Made by a program: the position numbers and the translations under genes | Origin: Acidobacteriota bacterium | Lineage (GTDB): Bacteria; Acidobacteriota; UBA6911; RPQK01; JAJDTT01 | Assembly (NCBI GenBank): GCA_965217775.1 | Contig: CBDCJH010000002.1 | Coordinates: forward strand, 4,896,001-4,960,000 | Length of the DNA stretch: 64,000 nucleotides | Direction: 5' to 3' | Notes under the pieces: model-generated | What the model was told of the DNA's origin: nothing | Seen by the model: the letters and a program-made list of their open reading frames with translations, nothing else | The model's database searches: none | In this document: in pieces, positions 9,287-18,768 of the stretch | Numbering within the stretch: the stretch's first letter is position 1 | Layout of the letters: each line of letters begins with the position of its first letter

Positions 9287-9946
9287 CTACCGGGGTCCCA
9301 GCGTGTAGTAGGAGCTTCCCAATTCGGTCAGCTTGGCCCGGATCGCCTTCATGTCCTCCCAGACCTGCCGTTTGGCGCTCGGGTTGCGAAGCAGATAGGA
9401 GGGGTGAAACGTGGGAATCAGGAGACTTCCCTTGTAGGGGAAAAACTTGCCTCGCATTCGGGAAATGGCGGTCTGAGTCTGAAGCAGAGTCTGAGCCGCG
9501 TACCTGCCCAGGGCCACGACCAGCATCGGATCGATGGCTTGGATCTGCTGAAACAGGAAACCCTCGCAAGATTCGACCTCGTCCCTTTCGGGGTCCCGGT
9601 TTCCGGGAGGCCGGCACTTGATGATATTGGCGATATAGACCTGTTCCCGTTGCAGGCCGATGGCCTCGATGATGCGGGTCAGCAGTTGACCGGCCCGGCC
9701 TACGAAGGGAATCCCCTGGGCATCTTCGTCGGCTCCCGGAGCCTCTCCCACGAACATGAGATCGGCTTCGGGGTTCCCGACTCCGAACACGATATTGCGG
9801 CGTCCCCGGTGCAGTTTACACCTCTTGCAGTCCCCGATCTCCTCGCGAATCTCCTCTAGAGTCGGAGTCCGATTCAGGTTCTTGAGATTGAGGTGGGTGA
9901 CCCCCAACTCACCGAAATAATTCAATTGATGGATCAGTTCACGCAT
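9287..9946 (-). CDS. Uracil-DNA glycosylase, family 4 (Fe-S)
   Basis: [25 protein letters not shown] and TFHPSYLLR motifs. Confidence 0.95.
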   Translation of the reverse strand: MRELIHQLNYFGELGVTHLNLKNLNRTPTLEEIREEIGDCKRCKLHRGRRNIVFGVGNPEADLMFVGEAPGADEDAQGIPFVGRAGQLLTRIIEAIGLQREQVYIANIIKCRPPGNRDPERDEVESCEGFLFQQIQAIDPMLVVALGRYAAQTLLQTQTAISRMRGKFFPYKGSLLIPTFHPSYLLRNPSAKRQVWEDMKAIRAKLTELGSSYYTLGPR

Positions 9947-10034
9947 GTAGGACGAACCCTCCGGGAGGTCATGGTTTCAGTCTACTACGAACTGGTGGCA
10001 AAACTGCATCCGGCGGACGGCGACGCTAGGAGCT

Positions 10035-10191
10035 GCAGTCCGTGGTAAAAGTCCCGCGAGCACCGGGGCCGGTCCTGCGCCCGCCGGACAAGGCGCAACG
10101 GAGGGAGCATACCGGGAGTATGTGAGCCGATAGCAACGCAGTCCGGATGCAGGGACGGTCGAATGCCGTGACGACTTTTGCCACGGACTGC
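10035..10191. mobile_element. MITE family A (about 160 bp), preceded by an inverted partial copy at about 9993-10030
   Basis: Terminal inverted repeats GCAGTCCGTGGTAAAAGT ... ACTTTTGCCACGGACTGC; homologous copies at 28204-28371 and 61271-61596. Confidence 0.85.
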
Positions 10192-10194
10192 TAG

Positions 10195-10435
10195 CCCGAA
10201 TTTCTCGCCAGGGGGCGCGACGATCGCGCAGGATTTTCGCCCTCAGCGCGTGCTCACGACCGAAAGCGTAGTGGTGACTACGTTTGAGGGAGCATGTGCG
10301 CGCTGAGGGCGAAAAGACCAGCGAGCGAGCGCGAGCGCGCAGTCTGTCCCGGAGAAACCTTGGAAAAATCCGCGTAAATGCTCAAAAACAGATTATTTTT
10401 CATCATACGCGTAGCGACCTGGTGAGAAATGCGGG
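10195..10435. mobile_element. MITE family B (241 bp), IS1380-like ends
   Basis: 18-bp TIR CCCGAATTTCTCGCCAGG / CCTGGTGAGAAATGCGGG flanked by a CTAG direct repeat (10191-10194, 10436-10439); internal 17-bp perfect inverted repeat spanning 10234-10315. Confidence 0.85.
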
Positions 10436-11326
10436 CTAGACCACCCCCAGCTGATCCAGGAGTCCCCCCCGGTTCCTCCACTCGGGCGCGACACTGACCT
10501 GCAGCTCGAGGGCTACCCTGCGAACGCCCAGGAAGCGCTGGATCTCCTTGCGGGCCCGCGTCCCGATGTTCTTGATCATGCGGCCGGCCCGGCCCACGAC
10601 GATCTTCTTCTGACTCTGCTTCTCCACCATGATGGAGGCCCGGATCACGACCAGGCCGTCGGCCCGCCGGCCTTCGTCGAACTCTTCCACCAGGACAGCC
10701 GTGGAATAGGGAAGTTCCTGCCGGGTGCAATCCAACACCTTCTCGCGGATGAGCTCGCCGACCAGGGACCGCTCCGGTTGGTCCGTCAGGTAATCGGTCG
10801 GATACTCGAACTCCCGTTCGGGCAGGTTCTCGGCGATCCGTTCCAGCAGGACCGCCAGGTTGTCCCCCTTGAAAGCCGAGATGGGAATGATCTCCCGATA
10901 GCCGTGGTGCCGGTGGTAGAAGTCCATCACGGGAAGCAATCGCCCCTTGTTGATGAGGTCGACCTTGTTGAGCAGGAGGATCGCAGGTTGCCGGATCCGG
11001 CGAATCAGATCCAGGACGTATTTCTCGCCCTTGCCGTAACTCTGGGAGGCATCCACCATGTGGAGCACCAGGTCCACCGACCTCAGCGCCTCGTAGACCG
11101 CGCCCATCATCCTTTCGTTTAGCCGGTAGCCGGGGCGATGGACTCCGGGAGTATCCACAAAGATGATCTGCGATTCCGACTGGGTCAGGACGCCCAGAAT
11201 CCGGTGTCTCGTGGTCTGGGGCTTGTCGCTGACGATGGAAACCTTGGATCGGATGAGGCGGTTCAGAAGGCTGGACTTCCCCGAGTTGGGACGGCCGATC
11301 AGGGCGACGAATCCTACCTTTGCCAC
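10436..11326 (-). CDS. era: GTPase Era
   Basis: GRPNSGKS, KPQTTR, DTPG, NKVD and a KH domain with ELPYS. Confidence 0.97.
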   Translation of the reverse strand: MAKVGFVALIGRPNSGKSSLLNRLIRSKVSIVSDKPQTTRHRILGVLTQSESQIIFVDTPGVHRPGYRLNERMMGAVYEALRSVDLVLHMVDASQSYGKGEKYVLDLIRRIRQPAILLLNKVDLINKGRLLPVMDFYHRHHGYREIIPISAFKGDNLAVLLERIAENLPEREFEYPTDYLTDQPERSLVGELIREKVLDCTRQELPYSTAVLVEEFDEGRRADGLVVIRASIMVEKQSQKKIVVGRAGRMIKNIGTRARKEIQRFLGVRRVALELQVSVAPEWRNRGGLLDQLGVV

Positions 11327-11333
11327 GGGCTGC

Positions 11334-12539
11334 TCATGCGACCTGAACCGGGCGGGAGGCCAGCCGGTCCTGGATTCGATCCCACAGGAAGGCCGCCACC
11401 CGGGTCTTGCGACGCAGAGGAGAATTCTCTTCCCCTCCTTCCGGATCCAGCAGCAGCACCTGGTTGTAGTCCGACGCGAAGCCTCGATCGGGATGGGAGA
11501 TGTCGTTGGCTACGATCAGGTCCAGCCGCTTCCGGCGCAGTTTATCAAGGGCGTTCCGCCGCAGATCGTTCGACTCGGCGGCGAAGCCCACCAGGAACTG
11601 ACCGGCTCGTTTCTTCTCTCCCAACTCCAAGAGGATGTCCCGAACCGGGCGAAGCCGGAGCGTACTCAAACTCGCTTCGTCCTTCTTGATCTTCTCCCGA
11701 TAACGGCGAGCCGGTGCGAAGTCTCCCACGGCGGCGGCCATGATCACGATCTCCGACCGGTCGAAGCGGCCCCCGACGGCGGTGGCCATCTCCTCGGCCG
11801 ACCGGACGGCAATCAGTTCGACCCCTGCCGGCGGGTTCAGATGGGTAGGCCCCGAGACCAGGGTGACGCGAGCGCCGCGGGTCTGGGCCTCCGCGGCGAT
11901 GGCGTACCCCATCTTCCCGGAGGAACGGTTCGACAGGAACCGGACCGGATCGATGTCTTCGACTGTGGGACCGGCGGTGACCAGCACCCGTTTTCCTCCC
12001 AGTCCCTTCCCTCGGCTCAGGATCCGAAACGCCCGTTCGACAATGACCTCCGGCGCGGCCAGACGTCCCTCCCCCACTTCTCCACAGGCCAGGTAGCCCG
12101 CCTCCGGCTCCACGACGGAGACTCCGCGCCCACGCAGAATCTCCAGATTGGATTCCGTCGCGGGGTGGCGCCACATCTCGACGTTCATGGCGGGAGCCAC
12201 GACGGTGGGAGTGACGGTGGAAATGTAGAGAGTGCTCAGGAAGTCGTCGCCGATGCCGTGGGCGAACTTGGCCAGAGTGTTGGCCGTCGCCGGCGCCACC
12301 AGCAACAGGTCGCTGCTGCGAGCCAGGGCGATATGTTCGATGGCCGTCGAGGAATCCCGGAACAGGCTGTCCACGACGCGGTTGCCCGAGAGCTTTTCCA
12401 GGGTCAACGGTCCCAGGAATCTCTTGGCATGCTCGGTCATCAACGGGAGCACCTCACAGCCTCCCTCCTGAAGCAATCTCAGGATGACGGCAGATTTATA
12501 GGCGGCGATGCAGCCGGTGACCCCCAGAACGATTCGCAT
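11334..12539 (-). CDS. coaBC: Bifunctional phosphopantothenoylcysteine decarboxylase/ligase
   Basis: GCIAAYK, APAMNVEM, LACGEVGEGRL, TAGPTVEDIDPVRFLSNRSSGKMG, GFAAE. Confidence 0.97.
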   Translation of the reverse strand: MRIVLGVTGCIAAYKSAVILRLLQEGGCEVLPLMTEHAKRFLGPLTLEKLSGNRVVDSLFRDSSTAIEHIALARSSDLLLVAPATANTLAKFAHGIGDDFLSTLYISTVTPTVVAPAMNVEMWRHPATESNLEILRGRGVSVVEPEAGYLACGEVGEGRLAAPEVIVERAFRILSRGKGLGGKRVLVTAGPTVEDIDPVRFLSNRSSGKMGYAIAAEAQTRGARVTLVSGPTHLNPPAGVELIAVRSAEEMATAVGGRFDRSEIVIMAAAVGDFAPARRYREKIKKDEASLSTLRLRPVRDILLELGEKKRAGQFLVGFAAESNDLRRNALDKLRRKRLDLIVANDISHPDRGFASDYNQVLLLDPEGGEENSPLRRKTRVAAFLWDRIQDRLASRPVQVA

Positions 12540-12545
12540 GGGATA

Positions 12546-12779
12546 TCAGTAGTCTTCCCTGCCATCGTATTCGGCCTCGAGCGCGTCCTCGTCCGCTTCT
12601 TCCAGGATTTCCCAGGTGATGAGTCCCTGTTGCGCTTCCTGGATGGCGATGTGGGCCGGCTTCGGGGACTTCTCGTCGATCATGGGAGGATAGCCGTTCT
12701 GAAGTTGCTTGGCTCTCTCGGCCGCGACCAGGATAAAGCGAAACTTGCTGTCGTACTCGTCAGGAATATCTACGATCAT
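12546..12779 (-). CDS. rpoZ: RNA polymerase omega subunit
   Basis: MIVDIPDEYDSKFRFILVAAERAKQL...AIQE, 77 aa, between gmk and coaBC; GGAGG SD upstream. Confidence 0.92.
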   Translation of the reverse strand: MIVDIPDEYDSKFRFILVAAERAKQLQNGYPPMIDEKSPKPAHIAIQEAQQGLITWEILEEADEDALEAEYDGREDY

Positions 12780-13402
12780 TGGACCTCCTTGAATGTTCCT
12801 ATCACCTCCTGGATCCGCCTGGTGTTCCGAACCGGGCCGCCGGAATCGGATCCACGGGAACCGACCACCGACTTCAACTCCAGCAAGGCGTCCTCTAGGG
12901 AATCGTTTATTATAGCGTATCGGTACTGTTCGTAGGCGCGAACCTCCTCGGCCGCCCGCTCCATGCGCCTCCGGATGACCTCCAGGCGATCCTGCCCCCT
13001 GTCGGTCAGGCGGCGCTCCAGTTCCTTCCGGGAAGGCGGCAGGATCAGGATCGTCAACGCGTCCGGGACCTGCTCCATGATCTGACGAGCTCCTTGAACG
13101 TCGATGTCCAGCAACACGTCCTCTCCCGAGTCGAGGCAATCTCCGACCCATGTCCGGGCCGTGCCGTAATAGTGGCCATGCACGCGAGCGTGCTCCAAGA
13201 AGCGATCGCGGGCCACCATGCCGCGAAATTCGCGTTCGGAGACGAAGAAATATTCGACACCGTCACGCTCCCCTTGCCTGGGTTGCCGAGTTGTGTGACT
13301 GACCGAGAAGCGGAGACGCTCGACCTGCTCGACCAAGGCCCGGCCCAGGCTCGTCTTGCCGGCTCCCGAGGGGCCGCTCATAACGATCAATCTGCCTGCC
13401 AT
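12776..13402 (-). CDS. gmk: Guanylate kinase
   Basis: SGPSGAGKT, SHTTRQPRQGE.DGVEYFF, YYGT, DIDVQGA. Confidence 0.97.
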   Translation of the reverse strand: MAGRLIVMSGPSGAGKTSLGRALVEQVERLRFSVSHTTRQPRQGERDGVEYFFVSEREFRGMVARDRFLEHARVHGHYYGTARTWVGDCLDSGEDVLLDIDVQGARQIMEQVPDALTILILPPSRKELERRLTDRGQDRLEVIRRRMERAAEEVRAYEQYRYAIINDSLEDALLELKSVVGSRGSDSGGPVRNTRRIQEVIGTFKEVQ

Positions 13403-13462
13403 GCCGCGCGTATCTCCTCCGATTATTCTCGATGATCCGCAGTGATTCCGGACACCGGACCG

Positions 13463-14335
13463 TTATTCTATATTCTGTACTTGTTCCCGGATCTTCTCGA
13501 TCTCGCCCTTCGCTTCCAGGGCCAGGTTCGAGACCTGGGGCAGAGCACTCTTGGCCAGGATGGTCGTCACTTCCCGGTTCATTTCCTGACACAGGAAATC
13601 CAGGTTCTTTCCCCGGGTTTCGGATCCCGGCGCCAGGAGTTGATCGGAGAAACGATCCAGGTGGCTGCTCATGCGGGTGATCTCCTCGGAGATCTCCGCC
13701 CGGGCGGCGTAGTACGCGATCTCTTCGGCCAGCCGGCCCGGGTCCGGCGCGAAGGAGAGGTTCATCTCGTCCAAACGTTTTTTCAACTTCGCGCGAGCCT
13801 GCTCGAACACCTCCGGCGCGTGTCCTCCGATATCCTTCACCGTCCTTCCAAGGGACTGGATCCGCGCCGTCAGGTCTTCGAACAGCCGCGCTCCCTCGGC
13901 CCGGCGGGCGTCCACCACCCGATCCAGGGCCGCGCCGGCCACCGCCAGCAGATCATCGGAGAAGGGGCGGATCTCGTCGGCCGGCTGGTTGGCAACCAGC
14001 GTGCCGGACAGCCGCAGACAGTCGGCCGCGTCCAGCTCTCCGCCGACCCCCAGGGATCGAAGATGCTCCACCATCGTCAGGTAGTTCTTCACCAGATCAT
14101 CGTCGATCCGGTAGCGGGTCCCGGATTTCCAGGCGATCTCCAGTGTCAGGTCCACTCGTCCCCGGCTCAGCTTTTCCCGGACCAGCCGGCGCAATCGAGC
14201 TTCCAGGAACCTGGCTCCGTGCGGGAGCCTCAGCTTCAGGTTCAGGTATCGGCTGTTTAGGGTCCGGACTTCCACCGAGACGTCCATGGTCTCGAAGGCC
14301 GCCTCGGCCTGTCCGAATCCGGTCATGCTGTACAT
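13463..14335 (-). CDS. yicC: YicC/YloC family endoribonuclease
   Basis: MYSMTGFG start, RGRVD, LDFLCQEMNREVTTILAK, IREQVQNIE; upstream of gmk. Confidence 0.93.
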   Translation of the reverse strand: MYSMTGFGQAEAAFETMDVSVEVRTLNSRYLNLKLRLPHGARFLEARLRRLVREKLSRGRVDLTLEIAWKSGTRYRIDDDLVKNYLTMVEHLRSLGVGGELDAADCLRLSGTLVANQPADEIRPFSDDLLAVAGAALDRVVDARRAEGARLFEDLTARIQSLGRTVKDIGGHAPEVFEQARAKLKKRLDEMNLSFAPDPGRLAEEIAYYAARAEISEEITRMSSHLDRFSDQLLAPGSETRGKNLDFLCQEMNREVTTILAKSALPQVSNLALEAKGEIEKIREQVQNIE

Positions 14336-14360
14336 GGATCCTCCGATGGTTTCATGGCTG

Positions 14361-16145
14361 TCATGCTTGCGGTTCCAACTGCAGCCTGTGCAGCCTGCGG
14401 TAAGAGGCGGAACGCTCCAGCAGAGTGACGTGGTCTCCCGCGTCCACAATCCGCCCCTCCTCCATGACTGCGATCCGATCCGCCAGGAGCACCGTCGACA
14501 GACGGTGAGCGATGACCAAAGCGGTCCTCTCCCGGAGGAGGTTCAGAAGTGCTTCCTGGACCAGCCGCTCCGACTCGGCATCCAGGGCGGAGGTCGCCTC
14601 GTCCAGAATCAGGATCGGCGCATCCTTGACCAGCGCCCGGGCAATGGCGACCCGCTGGCGCTGCCCCCCGGAGAGTCGAGTTCCCCGCTCGCCGATACGG
14701 GTTTCGTAGCCTGCGGGCAAGCTCCCGATAAAGTCATGGATGAATGCCATTCGGGCCGCTCTTCTGACCTGGGCATCATCGCATTCGGGGCGACCGTACG
14801 CGATATTGTTTCGGATCGTGTCGTCGAACAGAAAGGTCTCCTGGGGGACGAGGGCGATCTGCCGCCGCAGGGAACGGAGGGACACCGTCCGGATGTCGGT
14901 ACCGTCAATCGTGATCCGGCCCGAAGCAGGGTCATGGAAACGGGGAAGCAGGCTGGCCAGAGTACTCTTGCCGGCTCCGCTGGTCCCCACCAGCGCCAGG
15001 ATCTCTCCGCGGGCCAGGTTCAGATCGATCTGACGGAGCACGGGAACGTCGCCCTGACCGTAGCGGAAAGACACCTTCTCGAAGGCAATGGAGCGAGCGA
15101 AGGGGTCGATTTCAACGGCCGCGGGGACGTCCGTCACCCCGACTCGAGAGCCCAGCAAGTCGAAAATCCGGCTGGAGGATGCGAACGCCTGTTGGAAGTG
15201 CAGGTGCATTCTGGAGAGCTTTCTGACCGGCTCGTAGAGGCGAAACAGGGCCGCCAGGAAAACCACCAGGACCCCGATTCCCAGACCTTCCTGAACCTGC
15301 CGGTTGGCGTAGAACAGGAAGGGCACGAAGGAAGCGTATCCGAGGAACTCGACCAGGGGCGACGCCAGGGCCGAGAGCCGGGCCCCCTTGAGATTGGCGT
15401 GGACCAGATCTCCGATGGCACGGCGAAAGCGTTTCTTCTCGTAGTTCTCCATTCCGAAGGCCTGGACGATCTTCTGGCCGGCCAACGTCTCCTGCAACAA
15501 TTGGGAGAGTCGCGCCAGATTTTCCTGGCTCTCGTGGCCGACGCCCCGCATCTTCCGTCCCAGGCGTGTCGCCAGCCCCAGCACCACCGGAGCCATGAGC
15601 AGCGCCAGCAGGGACAACTGCCAATTGATGTAGAAGATCAGTCCCAGAAAGAACAACAAGAGGAAAACCTGACGCAGAAAATCGGTCAGGGACTTGCTGG
15701 CCGCTTCCAGCACCCGTTCCGTATCGTTGAGCACCCGGGACATGAGCTGGCCGGTGGGTTGATCCGAGAAGAAGGCCGCGGACTGGTGAAGCAGGCGCCC
15801 GTAGAGACGATTCCTCAAGAGGGCCACCACGTTCTGTCCACTGTAGCTCATGAGGTATTCGGCAAAATAGAGCAGAAACGCCTTAAGGAGGGACAACCCG
15901 ACCAGGAGAAAGGCGATTCGGCGGAGGCTGCCCCCTCCCAGGCCCAGATATTCCTGTAGAAAATCGAACTTGGTCCGGGCCGCCTCGGCCGTCCCTGCGG
16001 CGGGAGCCAACTGGTCGAAAATCGGCTTCAGGAGCACCGTGATGAGCAAGTCCAGGCCCCCGCTGGCGAACAACAGCAGAAAGCCCAACAGGAGCCAATG
16101 GGCCGTCGGCAGGATGTAGGGAATCAGCTTTCGCAGGTCCGACAC
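14361..16145 (-). CDS. MsbA-like ABC exporter (fused TMD and NBD)
   Basis: Multiple TM helices, Walker A GTSGAGKS, LSGGQRQR, DEATSALD; GTG start inferred. Confidence 0.9.
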   Translation of the reverse strand: MSDLRKLIPYILPTAHWLLLGFLLLFASGGLDLLITVLLKPIFDQLAPAAGTAEAARTKFDFLQEYLGLGGGSLRRIAFLLVGLSLLKAFLLYFAEYLMSYSGQNVVALLRNRLYGRLLHQSAAFFSDQPTGQLMSRVLNDTERVLEAASKSLTDFLRQVFLLLFFLGLIFYINWQLSLLALLMAPVVLGLATRLGRKMRGVGHESQENLARLSQLLQETLAGQKIVQAFGMENYEKKRFRRAIGDLVHANLKGARLSALASPLVEFLGYASFVPFLFYANRQVQEGLGIGVLVVFLAALFRLYEPVRKLSRMHLHFQQAFASSSRIFDLLGSRVGVTDVPAAVEIDPFARSIAFEKVSFRYGQGDVPVLRQIDLNLARGEILALVGTSGAGKSTLASLLPRFHDPASGRITIDGTDIRTVSLRSLRRQIALVPQETFLFDDTIRNNIAYGRPECDDAQVRRAARMAFIHDFIGSLPAGYETRIGERGTRLSGGQRQRVAIARALVKDAPILILDEATSALDAESERLVQEALLNLLRERTALVIAHRLSTVLLADRIAVMEEGRIVDAGDHVTLLERSASYRRLHRLQLEPQA

Positions 16146-16162
16146 GCAGGAATTCCAACATC

Positions 16163-16188
16163 GTAGGGGCAACCCTTGTGGTTGCCCT
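16163..16188 (+). repeat. GTAG-type REP element
   Basis: GTAG-GGGCAACC-CTTGT-GGTTGCCC-T; degenerate partial copy at 16204-16224. Confidence 0.75.
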
Positions 16189-16225
16189 TCCTTATTATTG
16201 CCTCAACCCTTCCGGTTGCCCTTCG

Positions 16226-17221
16226 TCACCACTTCCAGCCGGACTTCAACTCGTCGTTGATGACGGCTCCCTCGGGCCAGTTGCCCTGGTTCAAGGTGAT
16301 GATGCACTGGGCGGCTTCCATTCCCATGGCAATCACCGAGGCCTCGTCGCATCCCGCCTGATGAGACGTGACCAGAACGTTTCCCATCCTCAGCAGGGGG
16401 TTGTCCGGATCCGGCGGCTCCTGCTCCAGGACGTCGAGTCCGGCAGCCCGAAGCCGGCCGGACCGCAAGGCCTCCAGCAAGTCCGTCTCCTTGACCAGTG
16501 GTCCACGGGCCGTGTTGATCAGAATGCTCCCCGGTTTCATCCGGTCGAACGCCTCTCTCGCGAAGAAGTGCCGGGTCTGGTCCGTCAGCGGACAGTGCAG
16601 GGTGATGAAATCCGACCTCTCCAGAAGCCGATCGAAACTCAGCAGTTCGATGCCGTGGGCACGGACGAATTCCTGGTCCGGTAAAATCTCGTTGGCGACC
16701 ACCTTCATTCCCAGCGGGATGGCCCGGACTGCGGTGCTGCGTCCGATCCGTCCCAGACCGACGATTCCCAAGGTTTTCCCCCTCACCGTGTCCAAGGGCT
16801 TCCGCGGCCATCTTCCGGCCGCGACCTGCCTGGAAGTGGGGACAATGGACCGGACCGTGGCCAGCAACAGGGTGATGGCGTGCTCGGCGACGGCCTCGTG
16901 ATTGGCGGTGGGAGTCACCGTCACCGCAATTCCCCGGCGAGTGGCGGCCTCGACGTCCACCCGGTCGAAACCCACGCCCGCCCGGGCGATGACTCGGAGT
17001 TCCGGCAGCCCGTCCAGGACCGCAGGCGTGAAATGTTCCCCGCCCGCGATGATGGCGTCCAATCCCTTCAACTGACTGATGGTCTCCTCGTCACCGGTCA
17101 GACCCATGACCAACTCCGGGTTGGTGGGATAGCTCACCTCGAAGCCGGCCCGTTTCAGGAGGTCGGCGTAGGGAGAGGGCCGTTGCTGCATGCTGGTGGG
17201 TGTGATCATCACTTTGGACAT
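16226..17221 (-). CDS. D-isomer-specific 2-hydroxyacid dehydrogenase (SerA-like)
   Basis: RAGVGFDRVD, GIVGLGRIG, LHCPL, INTARG, AGLDV.EQEP. Confidence 0.92.
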   Translation of the reverse strand: MSKVMITPTSMQQRPSPYADLLKRAGFEVSYPTNPELVMGLTGDEETISQLKGLDAIIAGGEHFTPAVLDGLPELRVIARAGVGFDRVDVEAATRRGIAVTVTPTANHEAVAEHAITLLLATVRSIVPTSRQVAAGRWPRKPLDTVRGKTLGIVGLGRIGRSTAVRAIPLGMKVVANEILPDQEFVRAHGIELLSFDRLLERSDFITLHCPLTDQTRHFFAREAFDRMKPGSILINTARGPLVKETDLLEALRSGRLRAAGLDVLEQEPPDPDNPLLRMGNVLVTSHQAGCDEASVIAMGMEAAQCIITLNQGNWPEGAVINDELKSGWKW

Positions 17222-17262
17222 GGTGTTTTCCTCGATGCTCGATGAATGGTCCGATTCACGGT

Positions 17263-18513
17263 TTATTGAAAGCGCTCCGGTTCCAGACGCGACAGGTCCT
17301 GGCCGGCGGCCTCCCCGGCGGCCACTTCCGAGATCAGCTTTCCGGTGACGGGTCCCAGGGAGATCCCGATCGTCGAGTGTCCCGTCGCCAGCATCAGGTT
17401 GTTCAGTTTCCGAGTCCGCCCGATGAAGGGAAGGCCGTCCGGCGTGAGTGGGCGCAGGCCTCTCCAGATCTCGTGCAGATCCAACTCTTCCATTCCGACC
17501 AGATGGGATCGGGCGGCCCGCAGGATGGCCCTGACGCGGGGAAGGTTCACCGAGAGGTCCAGACCGGCCAGTTCCAAAGTTCCGCCGAAACGCAGCCTGT
17601 CGCCCATGGGAGTGGCGGCCACTTTGGCATCGGCCAGCATCAAGGGGACTCGCGGGGTGTTGGCCGGAGCCTTGACCGTCACGCTGTATCCCTTGGCGGG
17701 CTGCACGGGCACGTCCAGACCCACGGTCCGAGCCACCGCGGGGGACCAGGACCCGGCGGCAAGCACCACCTGTTCGGGCCGGAAATCCCCTCGGTTAGTG
17801 ACCACCCGCGTGACCTGAGTCCCGGAGGTCTTCAGCTCCAGCACCTCGGTGCCGATCCGCAAGACCGCGCCCGCACGGCGGGCGCCGGCCGCCATCTGGT
17901 GAACGAAACGGTGCGGGATCAGATGAGCGTCGTCGGGATAGTGGATCCCGGCGATGATGGATGGACGCACGTTCGGCTCCATCTCCCGGACTCGATGCGT
18001 GTCCAGCAGAGTGGATTCGAGACCGAATTCCCTCAGGAGCCGAGCTTCCGCCAGGGCTTTGGCCAGAAGCGACTCGGATCGAAAGATCTGCAGCCAGCCC
18101 TTCTGCCGGAAACCGAACTCCAGTTCCCCTTGATCGGCCAGCTCCCGATACAACCCCAAACTGGCTCGCGAGAGATCCCGCAGAACGGGAACACCCTTTC
18201 GCATGGGCTCCACCCTGGAAGCCTGTTGAAACCACCAGAGCCAGCGCACCAGGTCGAGATCGAAACGGGGCTTGATGTAGAAGGGGCTCACCGGATCCAA
18301 CAGCCATCGGAGGCCCTGGCTCAGCACTCCAGGCGCGGCCAGCGGGATCGAGTGGCTGGGGACGACCAGCCCCGAGTTCCCGTACGAACTCCCGGAACAG
18401 ATCTCTCCCCTTTCGACCAGAGTGACGGCGCATCCCCGCTTTGCCAGATAGTAGGCGGAGCAGACGCCGATGACACCGCCGCCGATGACGAGAACGTCGC
18501 TTTTCTCCGTCAT
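17263..18513 (-). CDS. FAD-dependent D-amino acid dehydrogenase (DadA-like)
   Basis: IGGGVIG, SSYGNSG, PAKGYS, WRGLRPLTPDGLP, ATGH. Confidence 0.9.
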   Translation of the reverse strand: MTEKSDVLVIGGGVIGVCSAYYLAKRGCAVTLVERGEICSGSSYGNSGLVVPSHSIPLAAPGVLSQGLRWLLDPVSPFYIKPRFDLDLVRWLWWFQQASRVEPMRKGVPVLRDLSRASLGLYRELADQGELEFGFRQKGWLQIFRSESLLAKALAEARLLREFGLESTLLDTHRVREMEPNVRPSIIAGIHYPDDAHLIPHRFVHQMAAGARRAGAVLRIGTEVLELKTSGTQVTRVVTNRGDFRPEQVVLAAGSWSPAVARTVGLDVPVQPAKGYSVTVKAPANTPRVPLMLADAKVAATPMGDRLRFGGTLELAGLDLSVNLPRVRAILRAARSHLVGMEELDLHEIWRGLRPLTPDGLPFIGRTRKLNNLMLATGHSTIGISLGPVTGKLISEVAAGEAAGQDLSRLEPERFQ

Positions 18514-18591
18514 CCTCTCTTCGTCCTCGATCTCGGAACCAACGCTCGCGCAACCTACACCGGGGACGGTTCCAAGACAAGACCCGTCGAT

Positions 18592-18768
18592 GAGGAAAGA
18601 GGAAAGCTCCCCCACCGGCCCGATCCGGCGGACGCCCAGGAGAAACAGGAATCGAGTTCATCCGGCTCCGTCTTCCTCAACGAGCCCATCTCCGCTACCG
18701 AGTCCGCTGAGCGTAAACGACCCGCCTGTCTTCACTCTTTTCTCTTTTCTCTTTTCTCTTTTCTTAGT
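18592..18768. repeat. Element with inverted heptamer arrays (copy 2, reverse orientation), overlapping the 3' end of the HAD-AIRS gene
   Basis: GAGGAAAGAGGAAAG at 18592-18606 and CTTCACT(CTTTTCT)x4 at about 18730-18765. Confidence 0.6.
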
